DNA of 32,211 bases from Chiloscyllium plagiosum (taxonomy: Eukaryota), in NCBI RefSeq assembly GCF_004010195.1, contig NC_057719.1, positions 15,422,107-15,454,317 of the forward strand, written 5' to 3'. The notes under the pieces were generated by a model. The model did not search any database, had not been told where the DNA came from, and saw only the letters and a list, made by a program, of their open reading frames with translations. A program made the position numbers and the translations under genes. Shown in pieces: positions 22,001 through 32,211 of this stretch; position 1 is the first letter of the stretch, and each line of letters begins with the position of its first letter.

Positions 22001-22906
22001 CTTGAGACTGCACACTCACTCTCAGTATCAACAAGGCTCATCAGGAGTCTGACACAGTGTTCCGCACTTTGCTGGATAAGTGCAGGTTCAATAACATTTC
22101 CAAAACGTGACATCATTCAGGAGAGAACAGCTTGATTCATATCTCACCTATTGTCATAAATGCTCACTACCCTCAGCCCTGCCAATAGTGTATTGAATAC
22201 CATTTAGGAAATGCAGTGTAACAATTCACTGAGGCTTCTGATGACATCTTCTGAATCCAAATCTTCTGCCTAAAACGGCAGCATTCCCACAGGGACACCA
22301 TGAACATGGATTTTACCCTGAATTTGCTACTTTTAAAAATCAGGTTTCTAGCAGCTTGACAAAGAAGTTATATAAACAGAATGCTTAGAAACTAGGAAGA
22401 CTGAGGTTTATTTGAATAGGTGGATAGAGAGAGTTTTGAAGGGAAGAGAAAGATATGAGTTGAAAGACAGGAAAAGAGCAGTGCCTAAGCTACTAAAGAC
22501 TGAAAACTAACAAGTATTTACCCTCTTTTGTATTCCACTTTATTTGTCTTTGATTTTTTCAAACAATTGATTGGATATTTGAACTTCCCTTAAACAGTAA
22601 CATGACTTGTATCATGAACATTGAAAGTAAGATAATCTCAGACCAGATGCATCTAAGAGAAAAATTGTGAGGAAATGTATTCAGCAATCAAAAGATATGT
22701 TTATCTGCTGTTCTTAGTGTACCTGAAACTGTGTAGGTGTTTTCATACAATCATGTTGCATGGACATTCTCGTATTCAAGGATCAAGCATTGAGTTAGTC
22801 ATACTGGATTATGATCATCTATTTTTGCAGATTCTGTCAGTAATATCATTGCTTCCTTCACCAGATTTATGCATTGTTTTAACTTTAGTTGCTTGTGACA
22901 TTTCAG

Positions 22907-23021
22907 TGAGCTACAGGAGATTGAGCGAGTACCTCTTCTACCTAGCAAAACAGATTCAGCAGGAATTACTCCTGTAATTCAAGATTATCAGAATAGTAAA
23001 ACTGGTCAAGACTTCTATAAG
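22907..23021 (+). CDS. ylpm1: YLPM1 internal exon D (R-ELQEIERVPLLPSKTDSAGITPVIQDYQNSKTGQDFYK)
   Basis: Acceptor tttcAG at 22905-22906, strong donor AAG|GTAAGA. 115 nt, phase 2-0, stop-free, and it bridges the phase-2 end of exon C to the phase-0 start of exon E. Little sequence similarity to the human segment. Confidence 0.75.
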
Positions 23022-23694
23022 GTAAGAAACTAGAACTAGATAGCACCATATTGAATTGACTAAACAAATAAGTTTTTCTGCACCATATTGGGAAATTGAG
23101 TTGTGTTAATTTTGTCATCTTCAGTAACCACGCAGATACTGTTCATAGACAGCTACACAAGTCTATCTTTGAAGTGCAGATTATATTCTATATATTGTGA
23201 CGCATTCTATGTTCTCTTTATACCTTGGTGATCTCTTTTCATGACTATGAAAGACTTGATGATCTCTTAGCATGCTGTTCTATATTCATTTATCCAATGA
23301 AAAATGAAGGGTCAATCATTTTGAATTCATCAGCCTTGGTAACAATGGTGGGTTCCTAGACCTGAAGGATGTTAATAAACTAACTGAACTTCCACAATTA
23401 TCTGATAGCTTTTGTGTCAACATTTTTTTGGTGCCATGCTATAAACAACCAAAATCAACAGCAAATTTAGCAGTAGAATTTGATCAAATAATTTGGTAGC
23501 TGCCAATTCAGTAACAGTCTTGAACGATAACCTCTCCACTGTTTTCCTACTTTGTATCATAGCAAGACAGTTTATATGATCTACCTTGGTCAAGGGTCTG
23601 TAAGCAATGTATTCTATTATGTGATTCTGATATTAGAAATGATGAGCGATTGTCCTCTGTCCGCCTTGTCACCTTCTGCTTATTGCTGTTGTAG

Positions 23695-23920
23695 GATATG
23701 TCAAGTAATGAAAGTTCTTTACTTGGCCCTGTGCCACCTGAAAATCCCATCCAGTCCGAACGTTGGGACACAGATACATTCCATGGTTTGTGGGACTCAG
23801 GAACTGAACCCAAAAATCCTGACTCCAATTATGCTTACAGTGAAGCTTCATCAGTCTCTACCACTCCACTGAACAAACAACCACCTATTCAGAAAACTGT
23901 TGATTATGGACATGGGCGTG
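23695..23920 (+). CDS. ylpm1: YLPM1 internal exon E (DMSSNES...ERWDTDTFHGLWD...KQPPIQKTVDYGHGR)
   Basis: Acceptor ctgttgtAG at 23693-23694, donor G|GTAAGT after 23920; 226 nt, phase 0-1. Matches human ERWDEDSFYGLWD and KPPPVQQTVDYGHGR. Confidence 0.92.
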
Positions 23921-24035
23921 GTAAGTGTAAAATCAACATCAGCATTTACTACGGGTCTAAAATATTGTTAAAAGTCAGAACATGCTTCACAGGAGTGAAT
24001 TTGAGATTAAGTTTGTCACGAAGCTTGCTTGTGTT

Positions 24036-24490
24036 ATTCAGACAGGTTTAAAGATCTTGGTCAACAAAGTAGATTTTGAGAAATGTTTTCAGAAAAGGCA
24101 GAGAGATTTAGCATGGGAATTCTAAAGACTCTCACTCGGGCAGCTGAAAGTGTGGCTACGAGTAGTGGAGCTATAAAAATAAGGATAAGCAGAGGATAAC
24201 ATTGAAGGAGCATAGAGGCCTGAGGTTCTAAGATTAAAACAGGTTATAGAGATTGAGAGGACTAATGCCGTGGAGAGATTGGAAATTGAGGCTAAAAAGT
24301 TTCAAGTTCAGCTGCTGCAAGACTGGGTGCCAGTGCAGAATCAGTAAATACAAGCACAATCAAAACGCAGATATAGGTTTGAATGAGGATACCAGCAGTA
24401 GAGTTTTTAATGAGGTTACATTGGGTGTATTATGAGAGGCCAGCTAGGAGAGCATTGGAATTGTTGAGCCAAGAAATAACAAATGCTTCC
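24036..24490 (-). mobile_element. L2 LINE 3' ORF2 fragment
   Basis: Minus strand near 24447-24486 reads AFVISWLNNSNALL, a decayed form of the L2 motif AFVTSRLDYSNALL. Confidence 0.7.
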
Positions 24491-24722
24491 AGATCAAAGC
24501 TTGGATGCACGAGGAGGAGATTATCTGCCTGTTACCTGATATCTTCACACGAGATTTGCTCAGGGAAGTGAGGGATGTTTTTTCTTCCCTTTTCAAAAGT
24601 TTATGTCACACTCCATTCATGAGTGAAATAATAGATGGGTGCTGATTTAGTAGTTGCTTGAAGTGGTTTGATTGAGTTTATGCTTGTTGTACCTTCTGGT
24701 TTCTGTTTGATAGCAATTACTA

Positions 24723-24868
24723 CAGAACAACCTTGGTTTTCTGAACGTTAATTATTCAACTTTTGGATTATCCGAATAGGATCTTAAGGTCCTGTAAAAA
24801 CGTTATCCAAACAATCAGTTATCCAAATACTCCCCATCCATCTCGTTTGGATAATCTAGGTTGTCCTG
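24723..24868. mobile_element. Tc1/mariner (Tigger/pogo-like) MITE, 146 bp
   Basis: TA on both flanks; 25-bp TIRs cagaacaaccttggttttctgaacg vs caggacaacctagattatccaaacg (19/25 identical). Confidence 0.8.
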
Positions 24869-25344
24869 TATTTTTATTGAATATGTTAGATTGGAAGCTG
24901 GCACATTGCAATTACTCAAGTTAGTTGGTAACTACCACTTTAGAAATGCTACATTGGAGCTGTCCATGTCATCTTTTGCTTGCAACTTCAATATAGTTTA
25001 TGTTAGATTTGGGTAATTTGTAAAATAAGCAAAGCAGTTCCAGCACTTTTCTGGTTTTCATAATGGTGCTTTTACCTCAGGTGTATTCTGTGGAATGTTA
25101 TAAATCTGACCTGATTATTCAGTTAATGTTTTGAGTTCGATGTGATTACTGAAGGGGATTGCAAAATGGTGTTTTTTAATATTTTTTGCACAAACAGGGC
25201 TGCCCTGGCAGACCAAGCATTTCAACCTGTTCCTGACCTCAAACTTTTTTTCCTATCTTCATTCTGCTTTTCCACCCACCTTATTTAGTCTCTTTTCACT
25301 TGGATTTGTTATTCTTCTGATGCTTTGTTGATTCCACAATAAGT

Positions 25345-25535
25345 TTTCTGGCCCTAGCTATCGCCTTTTCACTATAGATGTGCACATCCTCTATACCTCG
25401 AGCTCCATCAAGATGGTCTTAAGGCTCTCCATTCACTACTTCCTTGAAAAGGAAGCCTTGAACAATCTCCCATCAACCACCAACGTCACTCGCCTGACTG
25501 AGCTCATTGTCACTTTGAACAGTCTTGTTAATTCT
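25345..25535 (+). mobile_element. Penelope-like RT fragment
   Basis: Encodes FTIDVHILYTS (PLE RT motif DVxxLYT), then decayed DGLKAL and RLTELIVTLN. Confidence 0.65.
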
Positions 25536-25539
25536 TCAA

Positions 25540-26390
25540 ATGATTAATGAAGTTAGGAAGATATGGCCTTCCTTAAACAAAATCAAGCTAACAATCCTTG
25601 ATTAATCCATGCCTTTCTAAGTGATATTCATTCTGCCTTTTCGAATTAAATCTAATAACGTGTCTACCACATAGTCAGACTATGACCATTAATCATTTAG
25701 CCTATATCTCATACCCTTTCTAAGTAATTCCATGACATGTGCCATGTTTGCATGGGACCTGTTGACATTTCAACTATTTGTGGGTGAGTTTAAAGCTTTC
25801 TGTTAAAGGTAGGAATAAAGTCAGCTGAGATTTAAGCTCACATTCTCCTTTTTATATAATAGGCTCTTCAAATAATTGAACCATTGTGCCTAAGTATGGT
25901 GACTGTTTCACACAGACTCCTTTATAGCAAGATTATTTATTAACCTTTTCTTTTTGCACAATACAGAATCCAAAGTAACTTAATCCATAGTTGGGTCCTC
26001 AACACATTGCCCCAGAAGCAAAAACTGAAGTTATTGGAAAAGCTCTGCAACTATAGCAGAATCTGTGAAGAGAAATCAGAGTTAATATTTAGCGTCTGAG
26101 GAAGGGTCACTGGACCTGAAACATTAACTCTGATTTCTCTTCACAAGTGCTGCCAGACCTGCTGAGCATTTCCTGCAACATCTCTTTTTGTTTCTGATTT
26201 ACAGCATCCACAGTTCTTTCGGTTTTTACATTGCTCCAGAAACCCTCGTGCGCTTCAGGAATTCATCCTTCACGGCATGTGTGCTGATTTGGTTAACTTA
26301 GTCTTTGCAAATTGAAGTCAGTCGTTACAACTGTCTTAACAGTGATTGCATACAATACCAATTTCCTGATTTGTATTAATCATGGCTTTC
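25540..26390 (-). mobile_element. Old decayed CR1 fragments hosting a Penelope insert
   Basis: Residual matches to CR1 RT (ttccttaaacaaaatcaagctaac) and endonuclease regions (gttgggtcctcaacacattg; aaattgaagtca, DFN-like on minus). Confidence 0.45.
26018..26227 (+). mobile_element. Second Penelope-like hairpin fragment with a degenerate hammerhead motif
   Basis: Perfect 23-bp inverted repeat 26064-26086 / 26123-26145 around CTGAGGA-AG-GGTCactgGACC-TGAAACATT. TSD acattgc(c/t)ccagaa at 26004-26017 and 26228-26241. Confidence 0.78.
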
Positions 26391-26635
26391 TGATCTACTT
26401 TTAGTGTGCTATTAGTTAGAATAAAGTTTTTTTAAACTGTTTTCCACCTCCCCCCGCCCCACAAAAAAAACAAAAAGCCAAACATTGGCACTATAATGTG
26501 AGATGGTGCAGATATATGGAGACCTATGCAATGGAAAGTTACAAAATTCTTGGTTCAAAATTTGGTCCTATAGATTTCATTTACTAAGAGTTTATTTTTA
26601 AGCGAAGTTTTTAAAATGTGGTATTTTATTTTCAG

Positions 26636-26725
26636 AGGTTGGAGGTGGAAGAATTGAACAGATCCCTTATGGAGAACGCGTTTCACTTGGCCCTGAGCCA
26701 ATACGAGAACGGATGTATGATAAAG
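26636..26725 (+). CDS. ylpm1: YLPM1 internal exon F (EVGGGRIEQIPYGERVSLGPEPIRERMYDK)
   Basis: Acceptor ttttattttcAG, donor AAG|GTAATA; 90 nt, phase 1-1. Matches human KVEQIPYGERITLRPDP. Confidence 0.93.
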
Positions 26726-26744
26726 GTAATACAAATTATAAATT

Positions 26745-29185
26745 TATAAGATACAGGAGCTGAATTAAGCCGTCTGGATCATCAGTCTGCTCCACCATTC
26801 AATCATGGCTGATATGCTCCTCACTCCCATTCCCTGCCTTCTCTCATATCCCTTCAACCCATTGCCAATTAAAAATCAGTCTTAACTCCTTCTTAAATGT
26901 ACTCACTGTCCCAGCATCTACCACACTATAGATTTGCAAATTTCACAGAATTTATAAACCTTTTGGAGAAGTAGTTTCTCTTAAACTCTGTTTTAAATTT
27001 GCTACCCCTTATCCTAAGACTATCCTGTCATCCTAGAATGCCCCACAAGAGGAAGCATCTGCTCCATGTTTATTTTATCCACACCTTTTATCATCTTGAA
27101 TACCTCACTGTGATCTCCCTTTACTCTCTAGAATTTAGAAGAATATAGGCCTAAACTGTTCAATCTCTCTTCATACAACAAACCCCTCAGCTCTGGGATT
27201 AATCTACTGAATCTCTTCTGAACTGCCTCCAGTGCCACTACATTATCTCTCAAATAAGGGGACCAAAACTGTGCATAATACTCCAGATGCAGTCTCACCA
27301 TTGCCTTGTGTGGTGGCAACAATACTTCCTTACCTTTATATTCTATTCCTTTAGCTATAAAAGTGAATATTTCATTCAATTTCTTTATTATCTGCAGTGT
27401 CTGCATGTGAGTTTTCTGTGACTCATGAACGAGCACACCAAGATGCCTCTGCACTCTAGTACCCCGAAGTCTGTCCCAATTTAGGTAACAGGTCGCCTTC
27501 TCATTTTTCCAACCAAAATACATGATCTCTCACTTCTCCACCTTAAACTCCATCTGACATATTTTGGCCCACTCTCCTAACCTATCTATCTCCTTTTGTA
27601 ATTTCTTATTTCCTCATTGCAATTTACCATTCCAGCCTATTTTTTTGTCATCTGCAAAATTGGCTTTAGAGCCTTTTCTCCCTGTATCTAAGTCGTTAAC
27701 ATAGTGTCACAAAGCTGGTCCTTTTTTCTAAAGCTGGTCCTTTTCTCAAGGATACTGTGTTCTTGGTTTTTCTCAGAGGGGTCATAAGTAGTCTGGGCTC
27801 CGAAACTGCTGGGTTCAGTACAGAGATGAAAGGCTTTTTTGTTTATATGTAAATAGATGAGTCTTTAAACCAAAGCATTTGTGCTTTTAGAAGCAAACTG
27901 TATAAGTCAAGGAGGCATGGCCAGCTCTCCAGCTGAGCAGTTCAGTCCAGAACTAGTTAGGGAGTTCAGCTGTGAAGCTTGTGGGAACAGGCTGCTAGAC
28001 TGTCTCTCCTTCTACCCTTCAAACGTCGACCTGTAAGCCTTTGTTTCATTTTTACTGTGTTTAAGGGGGTTTGTTTATTGAGACTGTTGTGCATAATCGG
28101 GACAGCTTAATAAAGTCGAGTTTGGATAGACTGTTCTGTAGCTGTTCTTTATTCTGTTCTTTGTGTTTCATTCTGTAATTTTGTGAATACATTTTTGTCT
28201 GTTTTAAAACCTGCTAGTCAACCTAGCTAACTTACTCCAGGTAATTTTCACTGTATACTCACCGAAACAAATTGTAAAGTTATGGTCTGGGCCACCTGCT
28301 TAAGAATGTTTTGAGTGGTCTGGCCTAGTCCATAACAGTAAATTGTAAATAGCTGGGGCCCAAGGACCAAACCCTGTGGCACCCCACTAGTTTTTTCTTG
28401 CCATCCAGAAAAATACCCGTTTATTCCAGCTCTCTGTCTTCTGTCCATCAGCCACTCATCAATCTAGGCTAATAAATTACCCTTATTCTCGTATGATCTA
28501 ACATTGTGAATTAATTTTTTGTGTGGCCCCTTATCAGACATCTTCTGGAAGTTCAGATATGTTTCATCTACAGGACCCATTATCCACTTTGCTTGTTGCA
28601 TTTTCGAAGAACTCCAACAAATTAGCCAAACGTGATTTGCCCTTCGTAAAACCATGTTGACTCTGATGGATAGCGTTTTGACTTTCCAAATGTCATGATA
28701 TTGCTTCCTTGATCATTGATTCTAACACTTTCCCAACACAGATGTTTAACTGGTCTGTAATTTCCCACATATTGCCTCCCTTCCTTTTTGAATAAGGGTG
28801 TTATGTTAATAGTTTTGAAATCCACTGGAATTTCTCCGCTGTCCAGGGAATTTTGGAATATTTTAACCAATGGATTCACTATCTCCGCTGCCACTTCCTT
28901 TAATATCCTACAATGTAGGCCATCAGGCCCAGGGTACTTGTCTGCCCTCAATCCTAATGCTATTCTGAGTACCTTTTCCCTATCGATGTTGATTGTTCTA
29001 AGTTCTACCCTTTCTATTGCCTGTGACTTACCTGTTCCAATTGGAATGGGACTATTGTCTTCCACCATGAAAACTGAGGCACAGTATTGATTTAGCATCT
29101 CTACCATTTTAGTGTTGCCCATTATTAACTCTCTGGTTTCATATCCAAGGGACCAACATTCACCTCAGCAACTCTTCCCTTTTAT
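26745..29185 (-). mobile_element. CR1 LINE, 5'-truncated, split by a solo LTR
   Basis: ORFs give KYPGPDGLH, NITPLFKKEG..GNYRPV, TSGVPQGLVLGPQLFTIY and LEYYAQFWSPYL; 3' UTR tail at about 26745. Confidence 0.9.
27705..28337. mobile_element. Solo LTR (633 bp, Gypsy-like)
   Basis: TGT...ACA termini (tgtcac / ataaca), non-coding, and it splits the CR1 RT cleanly. The 4-bp TSD is only degenerate (atag/gtaa). Confidence 0.72.
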
Positions 29186-30125
29186 ATATATCTTAGAAGC
29201 AATTATGTTGTACCTCTCATGACTTCGTCTCAAAGCATTTTACAAGTAATGAAATACAAGAGTAATTATCCATTCTAATTTAGTTATTACGTTTTTCAAT
29301 GTAATTTCATTTGAAAAGTTTCATTTTGAAAAAGAATTACTCAGATGAATCGGTTTATTTGGGTACATTTAGAGTTATGTTAAGTTTTCCTTTTCATTTA
29401 ATTCTGAAAAATCTTATTTTTTAAGAGTGATATTAACTTTTGGGAATGTTGGATGAAAATAAAACGGAATTGAGTTTTTTTTTGTAGTCTTGTGTGTTAT
29501 CCTTCAATGTCATAATGCCTGTGGCTGTTTAAAATGTTGTCTAGCATAGTTCAAGCTACAATATTAACCAGTAGCACTTTGGATCCTAATATTCAACTAT
29601 TTAGTGATTGGTACCAGACAAGAGCAAACAAAATAGAAATGGTGCCCTTGTAATGTGACTGTTTCTTCACTGATGATAACAGGCCAGGATGCATTTGTTT
29701 CCCAGTATTTGAGTACTGATTGCATGCTTATGTGTGCGCAACTCCAGTTTGTTGGCTCGAAAAGAAAGCTCTGAGAAGCCCTGTAAGCAAATAGATTTTC
29801 AAAACTTATAACCTTTTCACTGACTGTGTGGAAGGGATACTCTGATGAAGTCGTAACTAATCGTAATAATTACTCACAAATTTCTTCCATTTCAAATAGT
29901 CAGGATCATGATAACATTTGCTGACAGTTTTATCGTTATCATAACTACAAGCAGTGATCAACTAATGATTGTCTCCTTTCATGCAGTCAAGCTTGCTAAA
30001 TCTTACCATTTGTCCTGATGATGTCATCAGTCACCAATTATGACTAAAAATAACTTGAGGAATTCACTAAAAATAAATGGATCAAATGGTCTATAGATTT
30101 CACAGAGTGATATTCTCCCATTTAG

Positions 30126-30297
30126 ATTCTCTTGGTCCTCGAGATCGTTATGGGGAACGAGATCAATTTTTGGAAAGAAGAGATTCATTCTTGGATCGGA
30201 GAGACTATGATAGAGAGCGTGACCTATACAGGGACAGGTCAATGGGAGATTATGAGAGGGAAGGATTTGAGCGTGAGCGATTTGGGCGTGAGGATAG
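30126..30297 (+). CDS. ylpm1: YLPM1 internal exon G (Arg/Asp/Glu-rich; DSLGPRDRYGERD...RFGREDR)
   Basis: Acceptor ctcccatttAG at 30124-30125, donor AG|GTAAGC after 30297; 172 nt, phase 1-2. Composition matches human RDRYDRERD...RPRDDR. Confidence 0.9.
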
Positions 30298-30439
30298 GTA
30301 AGCATTGGACCTGAATTAAAATATCATAATGTAAACTAAAGATTAATGTGATGAGGAAGTATTTGTGATTTGTAGCAAGTGAGTTTGCAGGAACATCCAA
30401 GATGCGACACCAAACCTCCCAAATCTTGTTCAAACAGCT

Positions 30440-30983
30440 GTAAAGGTAATGTCACCATAGTTCTAGTGGACCATAAAGCTAGTCCTAATGGACTATAAAG
30501 TTGACTTGTGATTTAACTTGGATTTCATAACACCTGTGGCAACAGAAGAAGTGGAGAAGGTGGGTCCTTCATGGTAACCTCAGCTGTTGTAGGAATTGAA
30601 CCCACATTGTTGGCATCACTCTGCACTGCAAACCAGCAGGAGATGCATTGACCTAGTGGTATTATGGCTAGGCTATAACTCTAGAGGTAATGTCCTGAGA
30701 ACACACGTCCAGATGATAGAATTTGAAATCATTTTTAAAAATCTAGAATTAAAGGTCTAATATTCATGAACCCATTGTCAATTTTCAGAAAAACCCATCT
30801 GGTTTACTAATATCTTTTGAGGAAAGAAACTGTCATCCTTAGCTGCTCTGGTCTAAGTGTGATTCCAGACCCACAGTAATGTGGACTTCTGGACAGTTAG
30901 GGAAGGGCAATAATTGCAGGCCTAACCCACATTCTGTGAATAAATTTTATGAAGAATAGCCATCCAGCCTGAGCAAACTTGAC
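30440..30983 (-). mobile_element. tRNA-derived SINE (antisense), split by a Deu-SINE
   Basis: Minus-strand B box GGTTCAATTCC at 30592-30602; the head with a degenerate A box resumes at 30961-30983. Confidence 0.65.
30638..30950 (+). mobile_element. SacSINE1-like Deu-SINE
   Basis: A-box-like tgacctagtgg, Deu block aaaacccatctggtttactaat...gtgtgattccagacccacagtaatgtgg, and a tail matching 6596-6660. Confidence 0.75.
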
Positions 30984-31286
30984 ATCCTCAGATAGCTGAA
31001 GGCCATGCACCTATAATGCACTATTTAACCATATCATTTCTGTGTACAATGTATCATTAATATATGTTCATCTTTATTGATTGTGAATAATAACACCTAT
31101 AGTTTAGTTTTTTAAGTGGTATTTTGTTGGCATCTATCAAACCAATCAACTGACTCAGAGAGGATATGCTTTTTGGTTCCCATTCTGTCAAGAAGCCTGA
31201 GTCTGTTTTGTTCTTTAAATTAAGGAAGATTCTTTCCTCTGTAAATGTCAGAAGTAAACTTTTATGTGTGTGGGTTTCACTTGCAG

Positions 31287-31435
31287 AATGTCTCATGGCC
31301 CACCCACTCGTTCAAGTGGATATCACAACTATCCAGACAGTAAGGATCACTTCAATCGAGGGGGATTTGACAGACCACAGTTTGATCGCTTATCTGATCG
31401 ACCACCATTTGATCACCCACCTGGTGGTTTTGGAG
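31287..31435 (+). CDS. ylpm1: YLPM1 internal exon H (RMSHGPP...RGGFDRPQFDRLSDRPPFDHPPGGFG)
   Basis: Acceptor tttcacttgcAG at 31285-31286, donor GAG|GTATTT after 31435; 149 nt, phase 2-1. Matches human RGGFDRPSYDRKSDRPVYEGPSMFGG. Confidence 0.9.
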
Positions 31436-31920
31436 GTATTTGAATTTGTGTCATTCACACAGTTATTTATATGCCAGCCAGATTACTTGTTGATGGTTTT
31501 GCCAAATTTGGTCATCACAGCATTGAAATGAGTATTGGCATCTTGGAACAGGTAATTGTGATGGTATTTATATACAAGCTACATCAAATTATTGTTCAAT
31601 ATCACCATTGCTAGCAGTCTCTGAGAATCAGAGGCTGGTAAATTGAACTGAGTAGCATGATTGGAAATTTGAATATTGTGGGTAGATTGAATTACGCTGG
31701 AGGTTCCTATGCGTTGGGATCAAAGAAGTTATCTTGACAAAATTCTGAAGGCAAGTCTTCATCTGCTATAAACGTGGCATCTGCAACTTCAGTGTAAATC
31801 TGTTGGGGTATTACTGATTTTTAGTCTTGGTTGAAGATTAATTTCTCTTTCTTATGGTCCTCTGTTGAGGTGAAATGTAAAAATAGCACATATTTTTATT
31901 TATAACCGACTGTATTTTAG

Positions 31921-32211
31921 AGATCCAAAAGACATAGGAGCGGAAGTAAGGCCATTCGGCCCATCGAGTCCACTCCGCCATTCAATCATGGCTGATGGGC
32001 CTTTCAACTCCACTTACCTGCATTCTCCCCGTAGCCCTTAATTCCTTGTGACATCAAGAATTTATCAATTTCTGCCTTGAAGACATTTAGCGTCCCAGCC
32101 TCCACTGCACTCTGTGACAATGAATTCCACAGGCCCACCACTCTCTGGCTGAAGAAATGACTCCGCATTTCTGTTCTGAATTTACCCCCTCTAATTCTAA
32201 GGCTGTGTCCA
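31921..32211 (-). mobile_element. CR1 LINE 3' end, continues beyond the window
   Basis: Typical CR1 3' UTR ggccattcggcccatcgagtc...ccattcaatcatggctgat and the ORF2 C-terminus (FFSQRVVGLWNSL on minus). Confidence 0.88.

Larger units (their letters stand above)
18490..22310 (+). mobile_element. Highly decayed, near full-length CR1-group LINE with a Deu-domain-like 5' region, split by four insertions
   Basis: Deu-like block at 18651-18775, endonuclease SDH at 19816-19824, RT GPVTFNCFIN at 20917 and WANEWQ at 21060-21077, all in colinear order. Confidence 0.65.

Noticed and set aside
22335..22520. Purine-rich stretch as an extra exon between C and D
   Set aside because: Stop codons follow the candidate AG in the required frame, and there is no YLPM1 similarity.
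23575..23650. Possible C/D snoRNA ~65 nt upstream of the exon E acceptor
   Set aside because: The candidate C box (ATGATCT) is non-consensus, and the good ATGATGA lies downstream of the CTGA.
29840..29930. CTGATGA ... CTGA as a C/D snoRNA or hammerhead
   Set aside because: There is no recognisable rRNA guide or convincing terminal stem, and no helix II plus GAAA after the CTGATGA.

Overview
Eukaryotic vertebrate genomic DNA. The repeat content (CR1 LINEs, HE1-like V-SINEs, Deu-SINEs, Penelope fragments) points to a cartilaginous fish, probably a shark; this is an inference. The window holds eight consecutive internal coding exons of YLPM1 (ZAP3) on the + strand: 2789-2974, 9078-9985, 11347-16149, 22907-23021, 23695-23920, 26636-26725, 30126-30297 and 31287-31435. 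Their splice phases chain into one 6,649-nt open frame. The start codon and the C-terminal P-loop kinase/PP1-binding region lie outside the window. The standout is a 4,803-nt exon carrying about 920 aa of nested tandem repeats: degenerate EKQPPGNRF nonamers, 36 near-identical GPGSNRFD octamers that also form a CpG-rich VNTR, and 43 GQG(P/R)GGRF(E/D) units with 14 RGG motifs. Other notable points are a probable GC-AG intron, two Penelope-derived hairpin insertions with minimal hammerhead-ribozyme cores and clear target-site duplications, a decayed LINE whose 5' end looks like a Deu-SINE head, multi-level nested insertions, and a locally templated mosaic duplication. Introns are otherwise filled with decayed transposons. 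Homology and family calls come from recalled sequences, not from searches.
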